From an uncultured Candidatus Rokubacteria bacterium (GTDB taxonomy: Bacteria; Methylomirabilota; Methylomirabilia; Rokubacteriales; DASRDR01), in the NCBI GenBank assembly GCA_963708025.1, contig CAVPSB010000014.1:352001-416000 (forward strand): a DNA stretch of 64,000 nucleotides. Reading direction: 5' to 3'. Positions 1-10,188 of the stretch are shown here, one piece after another (positions within the stretch are counted from its first letter, which is position 1; every line of letters starts with the position of its first letter). The position numbers and the translations under genes are program-made. The notes beneath the pieces are model-generated. The model worked only from the letters and a program-made list of their open reading frames with translations. It had not been told where the DNA came from and made no database searches.

Positions 1-387
1 CCGCGAGGGCGTCCGCGTAGCGATCGCCTCCGACGACGAGCTCCGCGCCGTACTCCCGGATGCGCCGGATCTTCGCGGGGGAGGAGACCGTCGGCACGAA
101 GATCTTCGCGGCCACGCCGAGTCGCATCGCGGCGTAGGCGACCGCGGCGCCGTGGTTCCCTCCCGAGGCGGCCACGACGCCGGCGGCCGGGACGGCCCGC
201 GTGAGCAGGTTGGCGAAGGCGCCCCGCGCCTTGAACGACCCCGAGTGCTGGAGCTGCTCCAGCTTCAGCACGAGCGAGAAGGAGGACAGCCCGAAGTCGG
301 CGCCGTTCACCTCCACCACGGGGGTCCGGCGCACGTAGGGTCGGATGACCTCGTGGGTCGCCTGGATGCTGGTCCGGTCGATCGAGC

Positions 388-391
<4 letters not shown>
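1..391 (-). CDS. PLP-dependent threonine/serine dehydratase family protein (3' part runs off the window)
   Basis: Manual translation from GTG at 391: ...RRTPV...[17 protein letters not shown]...[17 protein letters not shown]. Has the PLP-lysine SFKxRG and SxGNH motifs. Start overlaps the stop of the upstream ATPase. Confidence 0.9.
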
Positions 392-1495
<1,104 letters not shown>

Positions 1496-1507
1496 CGGCG
1501 GTCGGTA

Positions 1508-1546
1508 CTCTCACCCCGACCCTCTCCCGGAAAGGGAGAGGGAGGG
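1508..1546. repeat. REP-like palindrome, family B (CTCACCCCGACCCTCTCCC-loop-GGGAGAGGG)
   Basis: Hairpin CCCTCTCCC/GGGAGAGGG. Near-identical copy at 54139-54174. Confidence 0.75.
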
Positions 1547-1556
1547 GAGAGTCGCG

Positions 1557-2627
1557 CTACATCCGGGATTTGACTTCCTTCTCCCAGCGCTGGCGCCACT
1601 CGCTCGCCTTCTGGCCCATGGTCCCCCAGTCGAGCCAGATCGCGTTCTCCAGCACCTTGGGATTCAGGGCCTCGTCCACCCGCTGGGCCATTCCCGGCTC
1701 CGGGAAGGCGGGGATGTTGTGGGTCAGCTTGGCGTAGCGGGAGTTGTTCTCCGCGGTGAGCAGCTCGGTGACGACCTCCTCGGCCACCCGGATCTGGTCC
1801 GGGGTGCTGCCCTTGACGATCTGCAGGTAGATCGGGAAGGCCACCGCGCCTTCCTTGGGGTTCGCGAAGCCGAGCGGCGCGCCCTCGTCGGCCCAGAACT
1901 TCCAGATGGCGGAGAACCAGGGGGCGATCTGCGCCTCGCCCGTCACCAGGATGTTCTTGAGCTGGTCGTTGCTCGTCGGCAGGGCCCGGATGTTCTTCGC
2001 CTGCTCGGCCCAGACGCGGAAGCCCGGCTCGATGTCCTTCTCGCTCCCCCCGTTCAGGCGGGCGGCCAGGACCAGGGGTATGAAGTTGTTGTCGAAGAAG
2101 GTGACCTTGCCGCGCCACTTCGGGTCCCACAGGGCGGTCCAGGTGGCCGGCGGCTCCTTCACGAGGCTCTTGTTGTACATGAGGCCGACGTTGATGATGC
2201 CGTAGCCGATCCCCTTGTTCGCCGGCCGGCGGAGACTCTGGTTGATCTTGCCGACGGCCGGGATCCGCGCGGGGTCCATGGTCACCCACATGTCGTCGGC
2301 GTCGCCGCGGTTCGCCATGTCCACGTTGAAGTAACCGAAGTTGACCAGCGGGGCGTTGGGGTTCGCCTGCTTCGCCGCCAGCATCTTCGGGTAGGTGACG
2401 GCGTTGGTGGACTCCCAGAACTCGATCTCGACGTCGGGATGGCTCTTGAGATAGCTGGCGACCACCTCACGCGGCAGGACGCCCTGGCCGGCGCCGGCCC
2501 AGATGAACATGGTGAGCTTCACCTTGGCGGCGGCCCGGGCGGGCCGGCGGCTCGCCAGGCTCGCGCCGGCGGCGAGCCCGGACACCAGGAACGAGCGACG
2601 GGAGACGGCAGGGCGATTGCCACTCAT
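1557..2627 (-). CDS. ABC transporter extracellular solute-binding protein (PotD/PotF-like), Tat signal
   Basis: SRRSFL twin-arginine signal, LMYN...PPATWTALWDPKWRGK and PKEGA motifs, AGGAGG upstream of ATG 2627. Confidence 0.88.
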   Translation of the reverse strand: MSGNRPAVSRRSFLVSGLAAGASLASRRPARAAAKVKLTMFIWAGAGQGVLPREVVASYLKSHPDVEIEFWESTNAVTYPKMLAAKQANPNAPLVNFGYFNVDMANRGDADDMWVTMDPARIPAVGKINQSLRRPANKGIGYGIINVGLMYNKSLVKEPPATWTALWDPKWRGKVTFFDNNFIPLVLAARLNGGSEKDIEPGFRVWAEQAKNIRALPTSNDQLKNILVTGEAQIAPWFSAIWKFWADEGAPLGFANPKEGAVAFPIYLQIVKGSTPDQIRVAEEVVTELLTAENNSRYAKLTHNIPAFPEPGMAQRVDEALNPKVLENAIWLDWGTMGQKASEWRQRWEKEVKSRM

Positions 2628-2647
2628 CACGGGCCTCCTCTGGGATC

Positions 2648-2733
2648 TTCGGGACCTCCCTCTACCCCCCCAGCCCCCCTCCCCCACCCACTGGGGGGAG
2701 GGGGGAGCCGGAGGCCCCTTCACATCCTCTGAG
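2648..2733. repeat. Intergenic palindromic element, family A, copy 1
   Basis: TTCGGGACCTCCC..[50 protein letters not shown]..CTTCACA. Seven clear copies in the window. Confidence 0.85.
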
Positions 2734-2768
2734 TCTGGGGATCTCACTCGCGGTGCGGCGAGGGCATG

Positions 2769-3347
2769 CTACCCCATTCCCGGCGAGGGGGGCAACCGCC
2801 GGGCCGACCAGTCGTGGGCGGGGGAGTAGCGCTCCTGGTGGACGACCTCCTGCCACGGGCGCCGGGGCCGCGGCGCCGGCGCGTCGGCGGGGTGACCCAC
2901 GATCACCAGGCCCACCGGGACGACGTGGGGCGGCAGGCCGAGGGCGGCCTGGACGTGCTCCTCGTGGAAGTCGCCGATGAAGCCGCAGCCGAGGCGCTCG
3001 TCCACCGCCGCCAGCATGAAGAGGAGCGCGGCGTACGCCACGTCCATGTAGAGGTACTTGCCGGCGCCGCGGGCGCCGTAGCGCTCGGCCTCGCGGAGGA
3101 GATCGCCGCAGAAGGCGACGGTCAGGGCCCCGGCGTCGGGCCGCGCGCCCCGGCTCCAGGACGCCCGCGCCAGCTCACGGCGGAGCGCCGGATCCCGCAC
3201 CACCACTAGCTCCAGCGGCTGCGTGTGCCCGGCGCTCGGCCCGCGCTGGGCCACGCGGAGCAGCCGGCCCAGCACCTCGTCGTCCACCGGCCGGGGCTCG
3301 AACGTCCGGACCATGCGCCGCCGGCGCAGCACCTCGCGGAATTCCAT
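2769..3347 (-). CDS. Nitroreductase family protein
   Basis: RRRMVRTF, GPSAGHTQP and LGCGFIG motifs; AGGAGG RBS. Confidence 0.88.
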   Translation of the reverse strand: MEFREVLRRRRMVRTFEPRPVDDEVLGRLLRVAQRGPSAGHTQPLELVVVRDPALRRELARASWSRGARPDAGALTVAFCGDLLREAERYGARGAGKYLYMDVAYAALLFMLAAVDERLGCGFIGDFHEEHVQAALGLPPHVVPVGLVIVGHPADAPAPRPRRPWQEVVHQERYSPAHDWSARRLPPSPGMG

Positions 3348-3371
3348 CGGCTGACCTCCTGTCTTCCACTT

Positions 3372-3560
3372 TCACTCCAAGGGGATGCCCCAGTACGGGG
3401 AGGCACGGATCACGAGGTGATCGGGGACGAACAGCGCGTCGAAGCCGACCGCCTCGGCGATCCGCGCCAGGTCGCGCAGCTCGCGCCATCGCGGCAGCCA
3501 GGCGTCGCCGAGCCAGCTCTCGAGGGTCGGGAGGAAGAGCCCGAGGCGCAGTGAACCCAT
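3372..3560 (-). pseudogene. Truncated LLM-class flavin-dependent oxidoreductase (N-terminal 62 aa only)
   Basis: MGSLRLGLFLP...WRELRDLARIAEAVGFDALFVPDHL is a typical LLM N-terminus, followed by an early TGA. Confidence 0.7.
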
Positions 3561-3644
3561 ACCCGTCTTTCGGCAGCCTGGGCGGCATCGTAAACTAAGC
3601 CCCGGCCGGAAGCCAGGCGGCGATGAACGAGCGGCACTCGCAGC

Positions 3645-3767
3645 TGGTGGACGATGACGTTCCCCGGCCTGGCGCTCTTCGTCACCGTCATCTGCTTCAG
3701 CCTGCTGGGCGATGCCATCAACGACGTGGTCGGCTTGCGAGGCCGCCGCCCGGCGGCCGGCGGCTGA
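3645..3767 (+). pseudogene. C-terminal remnant of a DppC/OppC-type ABC permease
   Basis: Manual translation WWTMTFPGLALFVTVICFSLLGDAINDVV, the same motif as the ends of the intact permeases at 16282 and 58508. In-frame TGA at 3624. Confidence 0.7.
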
Positions 3768-3786
3768 CCACCAGAGAGGAGACATC

Positions 3787-4791
3787 ATGCGCTTCGTCGT
3801 GTGCGGCGCCGGCGCCATCGGGGGCGTGATCGGCGGCCAGCTCGCCAAGGCCGGGCTCGACGTGATCTTCATCGAGAAGAACCCGGCGCACGTGGAGGCC
3901 ATCAACCGGGAAGGCCTCGTGCTCAAGGGGATCCACGGGACCCACGTCCTGCGACTGCCGGCGGTGCCGGAGGCGCGCGCGGCCGGCCTCCGCGCGGGGG
4001 ATGCGATCGTGCTCGCCGTGAAGTCGCAGCACACCGACGCGGCCGCCGCCGAGCTGCGGGCGGCGACGCCCCTCGAGCTGCCGGTGTTCTGCGCCCAGAA
4101 CGGGATCCGCAACGAGGAGGCGGCGGGGCGCCACTTCCGTGACGTCAACGGCGTCATGGTGCTGATCGGGGCCAAGCACCTGGTCCCGGGTGAGGTCGTG
4201 CACACCTCCGCGGGTCCGCTCGGCGTCGGCGCCTGGCCGACCGGGCTCAGCCCGGCGGCCCGTGACTTCGCGGCGGCGGCGGGCAAGACCGAGCTGCCGG
4301 TCTACACCACCGAGAACGTGCGCGCCGCCAAGTGGAACAAGATGCTCATGAACCTGAACAACGCGACGATGGGGCTCACCGGGCTCTCCGGCCAGGAGGC
4401 GCGCTCGGACCGGGAGGTGCGGGCGTTCATGGCCGAGGTCTACGACGAGGGGGTCCGGGTGGTGCGGGCCGCCGGCATCCCCTTCGAGGGGCCGCCGGGG
4501 GCGGGGTCGATCGAGGAGCAGATCCGGTGGCTCCGGAGCGACGCGCCGGGGCCGGCGGTGCCGGCCGAGGCGGAGGCCCGGCACTACGCCTCGCTCTGGC
4601 AGGACCTCCATCACCGCCGCGGCGAGGTGGAGGCCGACTACTTCAACGGGGAGATCGTCCGGCTCGGGCGGCAGGTGGGGATCCCGACGCCCTACAGCGG
4701 CCTGCTCCTCGCCCTCATCAGCGAGATGGCGGTGGCCCGCGAGCGACCGGGCAAGTACACGGTGGGTCAGCTCCGCGCGCGCCTGGCCTGA
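3787..4791 (+). CDS. Ketopantoate reductase (PanE/ApbA) family protein
   Basis: GAGAIGG, LAVKS, QNG, KWNKMLMN, SLWQDL, EADYFNGEIV and PTP motifs. Confidence 0.88.
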   Translation: MRFVVCGAGAIGGVIGGQLAKAGLDVIFIEKNPAHVEAINREGLVLKGIHGTHVLRLPAVPEARAAGLRAGDAIVLAVKSQHTDAAAAELRAATPLELPVFCAQNGIRNEEAAGRHFRDVNGVMVLIGAKHLVPGEVVHTSAGPLGVGAWPTGLSPAARDFAAAAGKTELPVYTTENVRAAKWNKMLMNLNNATMGLTGLSGQEARSDREVRAFMAEVYDEGVRVVRAAGIPFEGPPGAGSIEEQIRWLRSDAPGPAVPAEAEARHYASLWQDLHHRRGEVEADYFNGEIVRLGRQVGIPTPYSGLLLALISEMAVARERPGKYTVGQLRARLA

Positions 4792-4794
4792 TTA

Positions 4795-4862
4795 TCGGGA
4801 CCTCCCTCCTACCCCCCCAGCCCCCCTCCCCCACCCACTGGGGGGAGGGGGGAGCCGGAGCC
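4795..4862. repeat. Family A palindromic element, copy 2 (between convergent genes)
   Basis: Nearly identical to 2648-2713. Confidence 0.85.
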
Positions 4863-5867
4863 TTACCTCCCGGAGAGGGACTCGTCGGGGGCGAAGGTGC
4901 GGATGGCCGCCGACCAGGCGTGGTAGGCGTCCAGGCCGACCGGGACCGGGGCGATGACGGGCAGGGCGACCCCGAGGGCGCGATACTCCGCGAGCCGGCC
5001 GCGCCAGCCGGCCGGCTCGCCGGACAGTGCGACGGCCTCCAGCATCCGGTCGGAGACCTGGGCGGCGGCGGCTTCGATCCCCTGCGGCAGCGCGGCCATG
5101 ACGGCCGCCGTCTCGCGGCCGAAGCCGCTCCGGTCGAACATCTGCCGGTAGAAGTCGAGCGTGACGTAGCGCGCGGTCTCGAGCGCCACGCTCCGCGTGA
5201 CGGCCGCCGGGTCCTCGCCCACCGCGGCCCGGATGTAGCAGGCGACGTTGACCGCGGCGGGGTCGCGGCCGGCCCGCTCGGCGCCCGCCCGCACCCCGGC
5301 CACCGCCTCCCGCACGTAGTCGGGAGTGGCCCAGTTGAGCAGGACGCCGTCGGCCACCTCGCCGGCCAGCCGGCACATCTGCGGCGCGAGGGCCGCCACG
5401 TAGATCGGCAGGGCCGGGCGCTCCGGGACGAAGTCGAGCTGGAACCGGGTCACCGGCGCGAGCGTCGCCGGCGGCAGCGGCCGCCCCTCGAGGATGGCCC
5501 GGGCGAGCCCGACGTACTCCCGCATCCGACCGACCGGCCGCTCGAACGCGACGCCGTGCCCGGTCTCCAGCGGCTCCTTGTGGCCGATGCCGAGGCCGAG
5601 GATCGCCCGGCCGCCGGAGACGTGGTCGAGGGTGGCCGCGGTCATGGCCAGGATCGACGGGGAGCGGGGGTAGATCGTGACGATGCCGGTCCCGAGCTGG
5701 ATCGTGCGGGTCGCGAGCGCGTACGCGGTGAGCTGGGAGAAGGCGTCCTTGCCCGAGCCCTCGGGGACCCACAGGCTCTCGTAGCCGCAGGCCTCGGCAA
5801 GGCGGGCCAGCTCGACGAGCTGGCGGACGGGGAGCCGCTCCTCGCGGAGGCGCAGGCCGAGTCGCAT
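4863..5867 (-). CDS. LLM-class flavin/F420-dependent oxidoreductase
   Basis: LARLAEACGYESLWVPE, LGTGIV, TLDHVSGGRAILGLGIG and RLAGEVADG motifs. Confidence 0.9.
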   Translation of the reverse strand: MRLGLRLREERLPVRQLVELARLAEACGYESLWVPEGSGKDAFSQLTAYALATRTIQLGTGIVTIYPRSPSILAMTAATLDHVSGGRAILGLGIGHKEPLETGHGVAFERPVGRMREYVGLARAILEGRPLPPATLAPVTRFQLDFVPERPALPIYVAALAPQMCRLAGEVADGVLLNWATPDYVREAVAGVRAGAERAGRDPAAVNVACYIRAAVGEDPAAVTRSVALETARYVTLDFYRQMFDRSGFGRETAAVMAALPQGIEAAAAQVSDRMLEAVALSGEPAGWRGRLAEYRALGVALPVIAPVPVGLDAYHAWSAAIRTFAPDESLSGR

Positions 5868-5868
5868 T

Positions 5869-5956
5869 GTTTGGGACCTCCCGCCTACCCCCCCAACCCC
5901 CCTCCCCCACCCACCGGGGGGAGGGGGGAGCCGGAGGAGGCGATTGCTTCACCGCT
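5869..5956. repeat. Family A palindromic element, copy 3 (its end supplies GGAGG 9 nt before the LLM ATG)
   Basis: Same consensus. Minus strand reads GGGAGGTCCCAAACA-ATG. Confidence 0.85.
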
Positions 5957-7029
5957 TCAGGCGTAGCGGGTCCGGAGCAGGTCGGCTGCCGCGCACATCG
6001 CGCGGAGCTTCCCGTAGGCCTCGTCGAGGTCCATCGGGTTCTGGACCGACGGGGAGAAGCCGCAGTCGGGGTGGAGCGTGATCCGCTCCTTCCCGACGTG
6101 CCGCATCGCCGCCTCCACCCGGGCCACCACGTCCTCGGGCCGCTCGATCTGCCGGTCGCAGTGGTCGATGCACCCGAGGCCGAGCCGCACGCCCTCCGGG
6201 AAGCGGGCCAGCGAGGCCACGCCGCCGGCGACCGGGGTCGCGTACTCCATGCAGAGGGTGCCGACCCGGAGACGGGCGAGGGCCGGCATGATCAGATCGT
6301 AGGGGCCCTCGGTGGCGTGGCGGTGGTCGAAATGGGCGTGGCAGAGGTGCATGGCCGTGGCGATGCCCCCGTCGCGATCGAAGCCATCGAGCGTCTGGTT
6401 CACGAGGTCGACGCACAGGTCCATCTCGTACTGCGGGTCCTGATCCCCTCCCGCTCGCGGAAGCGGGGATCGACCAGCGTGGCCACCCACGGCTCGTCGA
6501 GCTGGACGGTGTCGGCCCCGGCCGCCCGGACCGCCTCGATCTCGCGGCGGAGCACGCCCACGCAGTCGGCCATCAGCCGCTCGCGGGTGGGGTACGCCTG
6601 CCGGGAGTGCTCGGGGTGCCACATGCGCCGGCCGATGATGTAGGGCGCGGGGAGGGTCACCTTGACCCGGCGCCGGGTGCGGGGCCGGAGGTGGCGGACC
6701 TCCTCGGCGGCGATCGGGCGGTGGTATTCGATGGGGGCGACCACGGCGGGGTAGGGCAGCCCGCCGCTCGGGTTCAGGTCGGGCTGGAAGCCGTGGACGC
6801 GCTCGGCGAAGACCTTGACGTAGCTCTCGCGCCGCCACTCGCCGTCGGTGATCTCGTCGAGGCCGGCGCGCTCCTGGAGCGCGATCGCCGACTCGATGGC
6901 CCGGTCGAGGAGCCGGTCGGCGTCGGTCTCGGCCAGGCGGCCGGCCTTCCGGTCGAGGATGACGTCCCGCAGCCAGGCCGGGCGCGGCAGGCTGCCGATG
7001 ACGGTGGTGGGGAAGAGGGGCGCGGGCAC
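5957..7029 (-). CDS. Cobalamin-independent methionine synthase II (MetE C-terminal-like) family protein (one frameshift near 6441)
   Basis: TTVIGSLPRP, TDGEWRR and VQLDEP in ORF 6400..7029. Zn ligands HLCH, MEY and PDCGF lie in the 3' frame ending at 5957. Confidence 0.87.
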
Positions 7030-7080
7030 CCCCCGAGTCTACCAGCATCGGACCGGAGGCGCCACCGGCCGGGGCGACCA

Positions 7081-7197
7081 CTGAGAGGGTGTGAAGGAAT
7101 TGGACGCTCCGGCTCCCCCCTCCCCCCCGCCAAAGGCCGAAGGCCGTCGAACAATTTGGGGGAGGGGGGTTGGGGGGGTGGGCGGGAGGTCCCGAAC
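7081..7197. repeat. Family A palindromic element, copy 4 (inverted; 19-mer insert at 7130-7148)
   Basis: Reverse complement of the consensus, with CCAAAGGCCGAAGGCCGTC in the loop. Confidence 0.85.
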
Positions 7198-7291
7198 TGA
7201 GTGGTAGACTGTTCGGGGCCGGCTCCCCGGGGACCCGGGCGGTCCGGGACCGTTTCCGGGACGATCGACACTCAGAGAGGCGGAGGCGCAG

Positions 7292-8158
7292 ATGCGGCGA
7301 AGTATGCTCATCGTTCTGGCGATGCTGACGATGCTGGTGGTGGTGACGGCGAGCCACGCCCAGACGCTCACGGGGACCCTCAAGAAGGTCAACGACAGCG
7401 GCACGCTGACCCTGGGATACCGCGAGAACGTGCCGCCCATCTCTTCCACCGGCGCCGACGGGAAGCCGGTCGGCTACTCGATCGACCTCTGTCAGGAGAT
7501 CGCCACCGCGGTCCAGCAGGAGCTGAAGCTGGCGAACCTCGCGGTCCGCTGGGTGCCGGTGACGCCCGAGAACCGCGTGGACGCCGTGGCCAACGGCACC
7601 GTGGACATCGAATGTGGCGTGACGACCAACTCACTCTCCCGCCAGCAGAAGGTTGACTTCACCCTCATGACCTTCATCGACGGCGCCAGCATCCTGATCG
7701 TGGAAGGCATGGGGATCGGCGGCGTGGCCGACCTCGGCGGCAAGCGGATCGCGGTCGTCACCGGGACCACGACCCAGAAGGTTCTCGCCGACTTCCTCCG
7801 CGAGCAGTCGATCGCGGCCACGGTGGTCCCCGTGAGGGACCACGACGAGGGGCTCGCGGCGCTGGAGTCCTCCAAGGTCGACGCGTACGTCTCCGACCGC
7901 GCCATCCTGATCGGCCTGGCCATGCGGGTCCGCGGCACGAAGCGGCTCGCCCTGCTGCCCGACGCGCTCTCCTACGAGCCGTACGGCTTCATGGTGCGGC
8001 GGGACGACTCGGCGTTCCGTCTCGTCGCCAACCGCACGCTGGCCCGGGTCTACCGGTCGGGGGCCATCGGGACGATCTACGCCAAGTGGTTCGGAGCGCT
8101 CGGCAAGCCCAGCCCGGCCCTCATCCTGATGTACGCCATCCAGGGCCTCCCCGAGTAG
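7292..8158 (+). CDS. Polar amino acid ABC transporter substrate-binding protein (GltI-like)
   Basis: Signal peptide; LTLGYRE, GYSIDLC, VDIECG, GTTT and EPYGFM motifs. Confidence 0.9.
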   Translation: MRRSMLIVLAMLTMLVVVTASHAQTLTGTLKKVNDSGTLTLGYRENVPPISSTGADGKPVGYSIDLCQEIATAVQQELKLANLAVRWVPVTPENRVDAVANGTVDIECGVTTNSLSRQQKVDFTLMTFIDGASILIVEGMGIGGVADLGGKRIAVVTGTTTQKVLADFLREQSIAATVVPVRDHDEGLAALESSKVDAYVSDRAILIGLAMRVRGTKRLALLPDALSYEPYGFMVRRDDSAFRLVANRTLARVYRSGAIGTIYAKWFGALGKPSPALILMYAIQGLPE

Positions 8159-8187
8159 CGCGCGGCCCGCGCGCCGCTTTCCGTCCG

Positions 8188-8228
8188 CCCCCCTCTCCCT
8201 CCCCGGGGAGGGAGGGGTTGGGGTTGGG
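8188..8228. repeat. REP-like palindrome, family B variant (inverted)
   Basis: CCCCTCTCCCTCCCCGGGGAGGGAGGGGTTGGGGTTGGG, just after a stop codon. Confidence 0.65.
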
Positions 8229-8350
8229 CGGTGCCCAAAAGTGCCGGGTTTGCGCCTCCCACGCGCTATGCTCGCGGCGACGTGGGAGGGCCCTCGGTCC
8301 GGCCGATCCCGCGTCACCGGGTCACGCGGGATCGGCGGGAGGGGCGGTCG

Positions 8351-9907
8351 ATGGGGCACCTGGGCAGGTTCAGGCTGACCGCGAAGCTTGTCGTTCCGTT
8401 CATCGTGGTCTTCGCGGGCACGGTCGTCCTGCTGAGCGCCTACTTCGTCAACTTCGGGCGCACCGTCATGCTGGAGAGCCTCGAGCGGCGGGCCGAGATC
8501 CTCGCCGACCCCTTCGCCGCCGCCGTCTCCGAGGCGGTGGCCGTCACCGACACCGGCCGGGCCCAGGGTCTGCTCGAGCAGCTGAAGAAGGCGGATCCGG
8601 ACCTCGCCTATGCGGTCGTCGTCGACAAGAGCGGGAAGGCGTTCGCCAGCAGCGATCCGGCCCTCAAGGGGCAGACGCTCCTCCGTGACGCGTTCGAGCA
8701 AGCCATGTTCAAGACGGAGCAGCTGCTCCGGCGCCCGGTGCCGGGGCAGGAGATGTTCGAGGTCTCCATGCCGGTGACCTATCCCGTGCTCGGGAAGATC
8801 GGCGTCCTCCGGATGGGGTTCTCGACGTCGCGGATCCAGGCCACGGCGCGCCAGGCGGCGTGGACGGCGGCCGGCGCCGGCGGCCTCGCGCTGCTGGCCG
8901 GCGTCGTGCTCTACCTTTACGTGGCCCGCCGGACCGTCCACCCGCTGCGCGCCGTGGCCGGACGGCTCGATGAGCTCGCGAGCGAGGAAGCCGATCTCAC
9001 CGTGCGCATGCCGGTCGGCGCGGCGGACGAGGTGGGGCAGCTCGGGCGGGCCCTGAACGCCTTCCTGGACAACCTGAACCGGCTGATCCAGGAGATCCTG
9101 AAGTCCTCGGTTTCCGTGGGCGCCGCCTCCCAGCAGCTCTCGGAGGCGACCACGCAGCTGTCCTCGGGCGTCCAGCAGCAGGCCTCGGCCCTCGAGGAGA
9201 CCGCTGCCTCGCTCGAGGAGCTGGCGGGGACGGTCAAGCAGAACGCCGACAGCGCGCGGCAGGCCAACCGGCTGGCCCACGACTCTCGCGAGACGGCGGA
9301 GAAGGGCCAGGCGGTCGTCGTCGCGGCGGTGACGTCGATGCAGGAGATCACGCGGGCCTCGACGAAGATTGGCGAGATCATCACCGTGATCGACGAGATC
9401 GCGTTCCAGACGAACCTCCTGGCGCTGAACGCGGCGGTGGAGGCGGCGCAGGCGGGAGAGCAGGGGCGGGGGTTCGCGGTGGTGGCGGCGGAGGTGCGGA
9501 ACCTGGCGCAGCGGAGCGCGGGGGCGGCGCGGGAGATCAAGGGGCTGATCCAGGACGCGGTGGCCAAGGTGGAGGGGGGCGCGGGGCTGGTCAACCAGTC
9601 CGGGCAGGTGCTGGAAGCGATCGTGGCGTCGGCGAAGCAGGTCTCGGACATCGTGGGGGAGATCTCGGCGGCGAGCCAGGAGCAGTCGGGGGGGATCGAC
9701 CAGGTCAACCGCGCGCTGGGGCAGATGGATCACGTGGTCCAGGGAAACTCGGCGCAGACGGCGGAGCTTGCGTCCACCGCCCACGCCCTGGCGGCGCAGG
9801 CGGCCGAGTTGCAGGCCCTGGTGGCCCGCTTCAAGCTGGAGCGCGCGTCAACCCCGCCCCGGTTCTCCCCGCAGTCCGTATCCCCGCTGGCCCACCCCGC
9901 CGTTTAG
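8351..9907 (+). CDS. Methyl-accepting chemotaxis protein (TM-sensor-TM-HAMP-signalling)
   Basis: [40 protein letters not shown] tip motif, HAMP DEVGQL, two TM segments. Confidence 0.93.
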   Translation: MGHLGRFRLTAKLVVPFIVVFAGTVVLLSAYFVNFGRTVMLESLERRAEILADPFAAAVSEAVAVTDTGRAQGLLEQLKKADPDLAYAVVVDKSGKAFASSDPALKGQTLLRDAFEQAMFKTEQLLRRPVPGQEMFEVSMPVTYPVLGKIGVLRMGFSTSRIQATARQAAWTAAGAGGLALLAGVVLYLYVARRTVHPLRAVAGRLDELASEEADLTVRMPVGAADEVGQLGRALNAFLDNLNRLIQEILKSSVSVGAASQQLSEATTQLSSGVQQQASALEETAASLEELAGTVKQNADSARQANRLAHDSRETAEKGQAVVVAAVTSMQEITRASTKIGEIITVIDEIAFQTNLLALNAAVEAAQAGEQGRGFAVVAAEVRNLAQRSAGAAREIKGLIQDAVAKVEGGAGLVNQSGQVLEAIVASAKQVSDIVGEISAASQEQSGGIDQVNRALGQMDHVVQGNSAQTAELASTAHALAAQAAELQALVARFKLERASTPPRFSPQSVSPLAHPAV

Positions 9908-9944
9908 CGGAACGCCCCCTCGCCGGGGCGCCCCCGGGGTCCGC

Positions 9945-10133
9945 TCAGCGGCACTCCCAGTGGTTGTAGACCCAGAACCAGCGGCAGGGGGGTGGGGCGT
10001 AGACCCCCGGAGGCGGTGGGGCCGGCGCGTAGACGGCGCGCGGAGGAGGGCCCGCCGGGACCACGATGCAGCCGGCGGCCGTGCCGGCGACGGCCGCGAG
10101 GATCAGCGAGAGGGCGAGTCGGCGAAGGGGCAT
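9945..10133 (-). CDS. Small proline-rich putative lipoprotein
   Basis: AGGAGG RBS, hydrophobic signal ending AAGC, Pro-rich repeats VYAPAPP/VYAPPP, aromatic tail. Confidence 0.65.
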   Translation of the reverse strand: MPLRRLALSLILAAVAGTAAGCIVVPAGPPPRAVYAPAPPPPGVYAPPPCRWFWVYNHWECR

Positions 10134-10188
10134 CCCGGACCTCCTTGACGGGTTGGACGGCCCGGGATGCCGCGGTCTTCGCCGGCGG

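Noticed and set aside
1557-2747. N-terminal extensions such as PPAPPSPQWVGEGGWGG on several ORFs
   Set aside because: They are translations of intergenic family A repeats; RBS-supported starts lie downstream.
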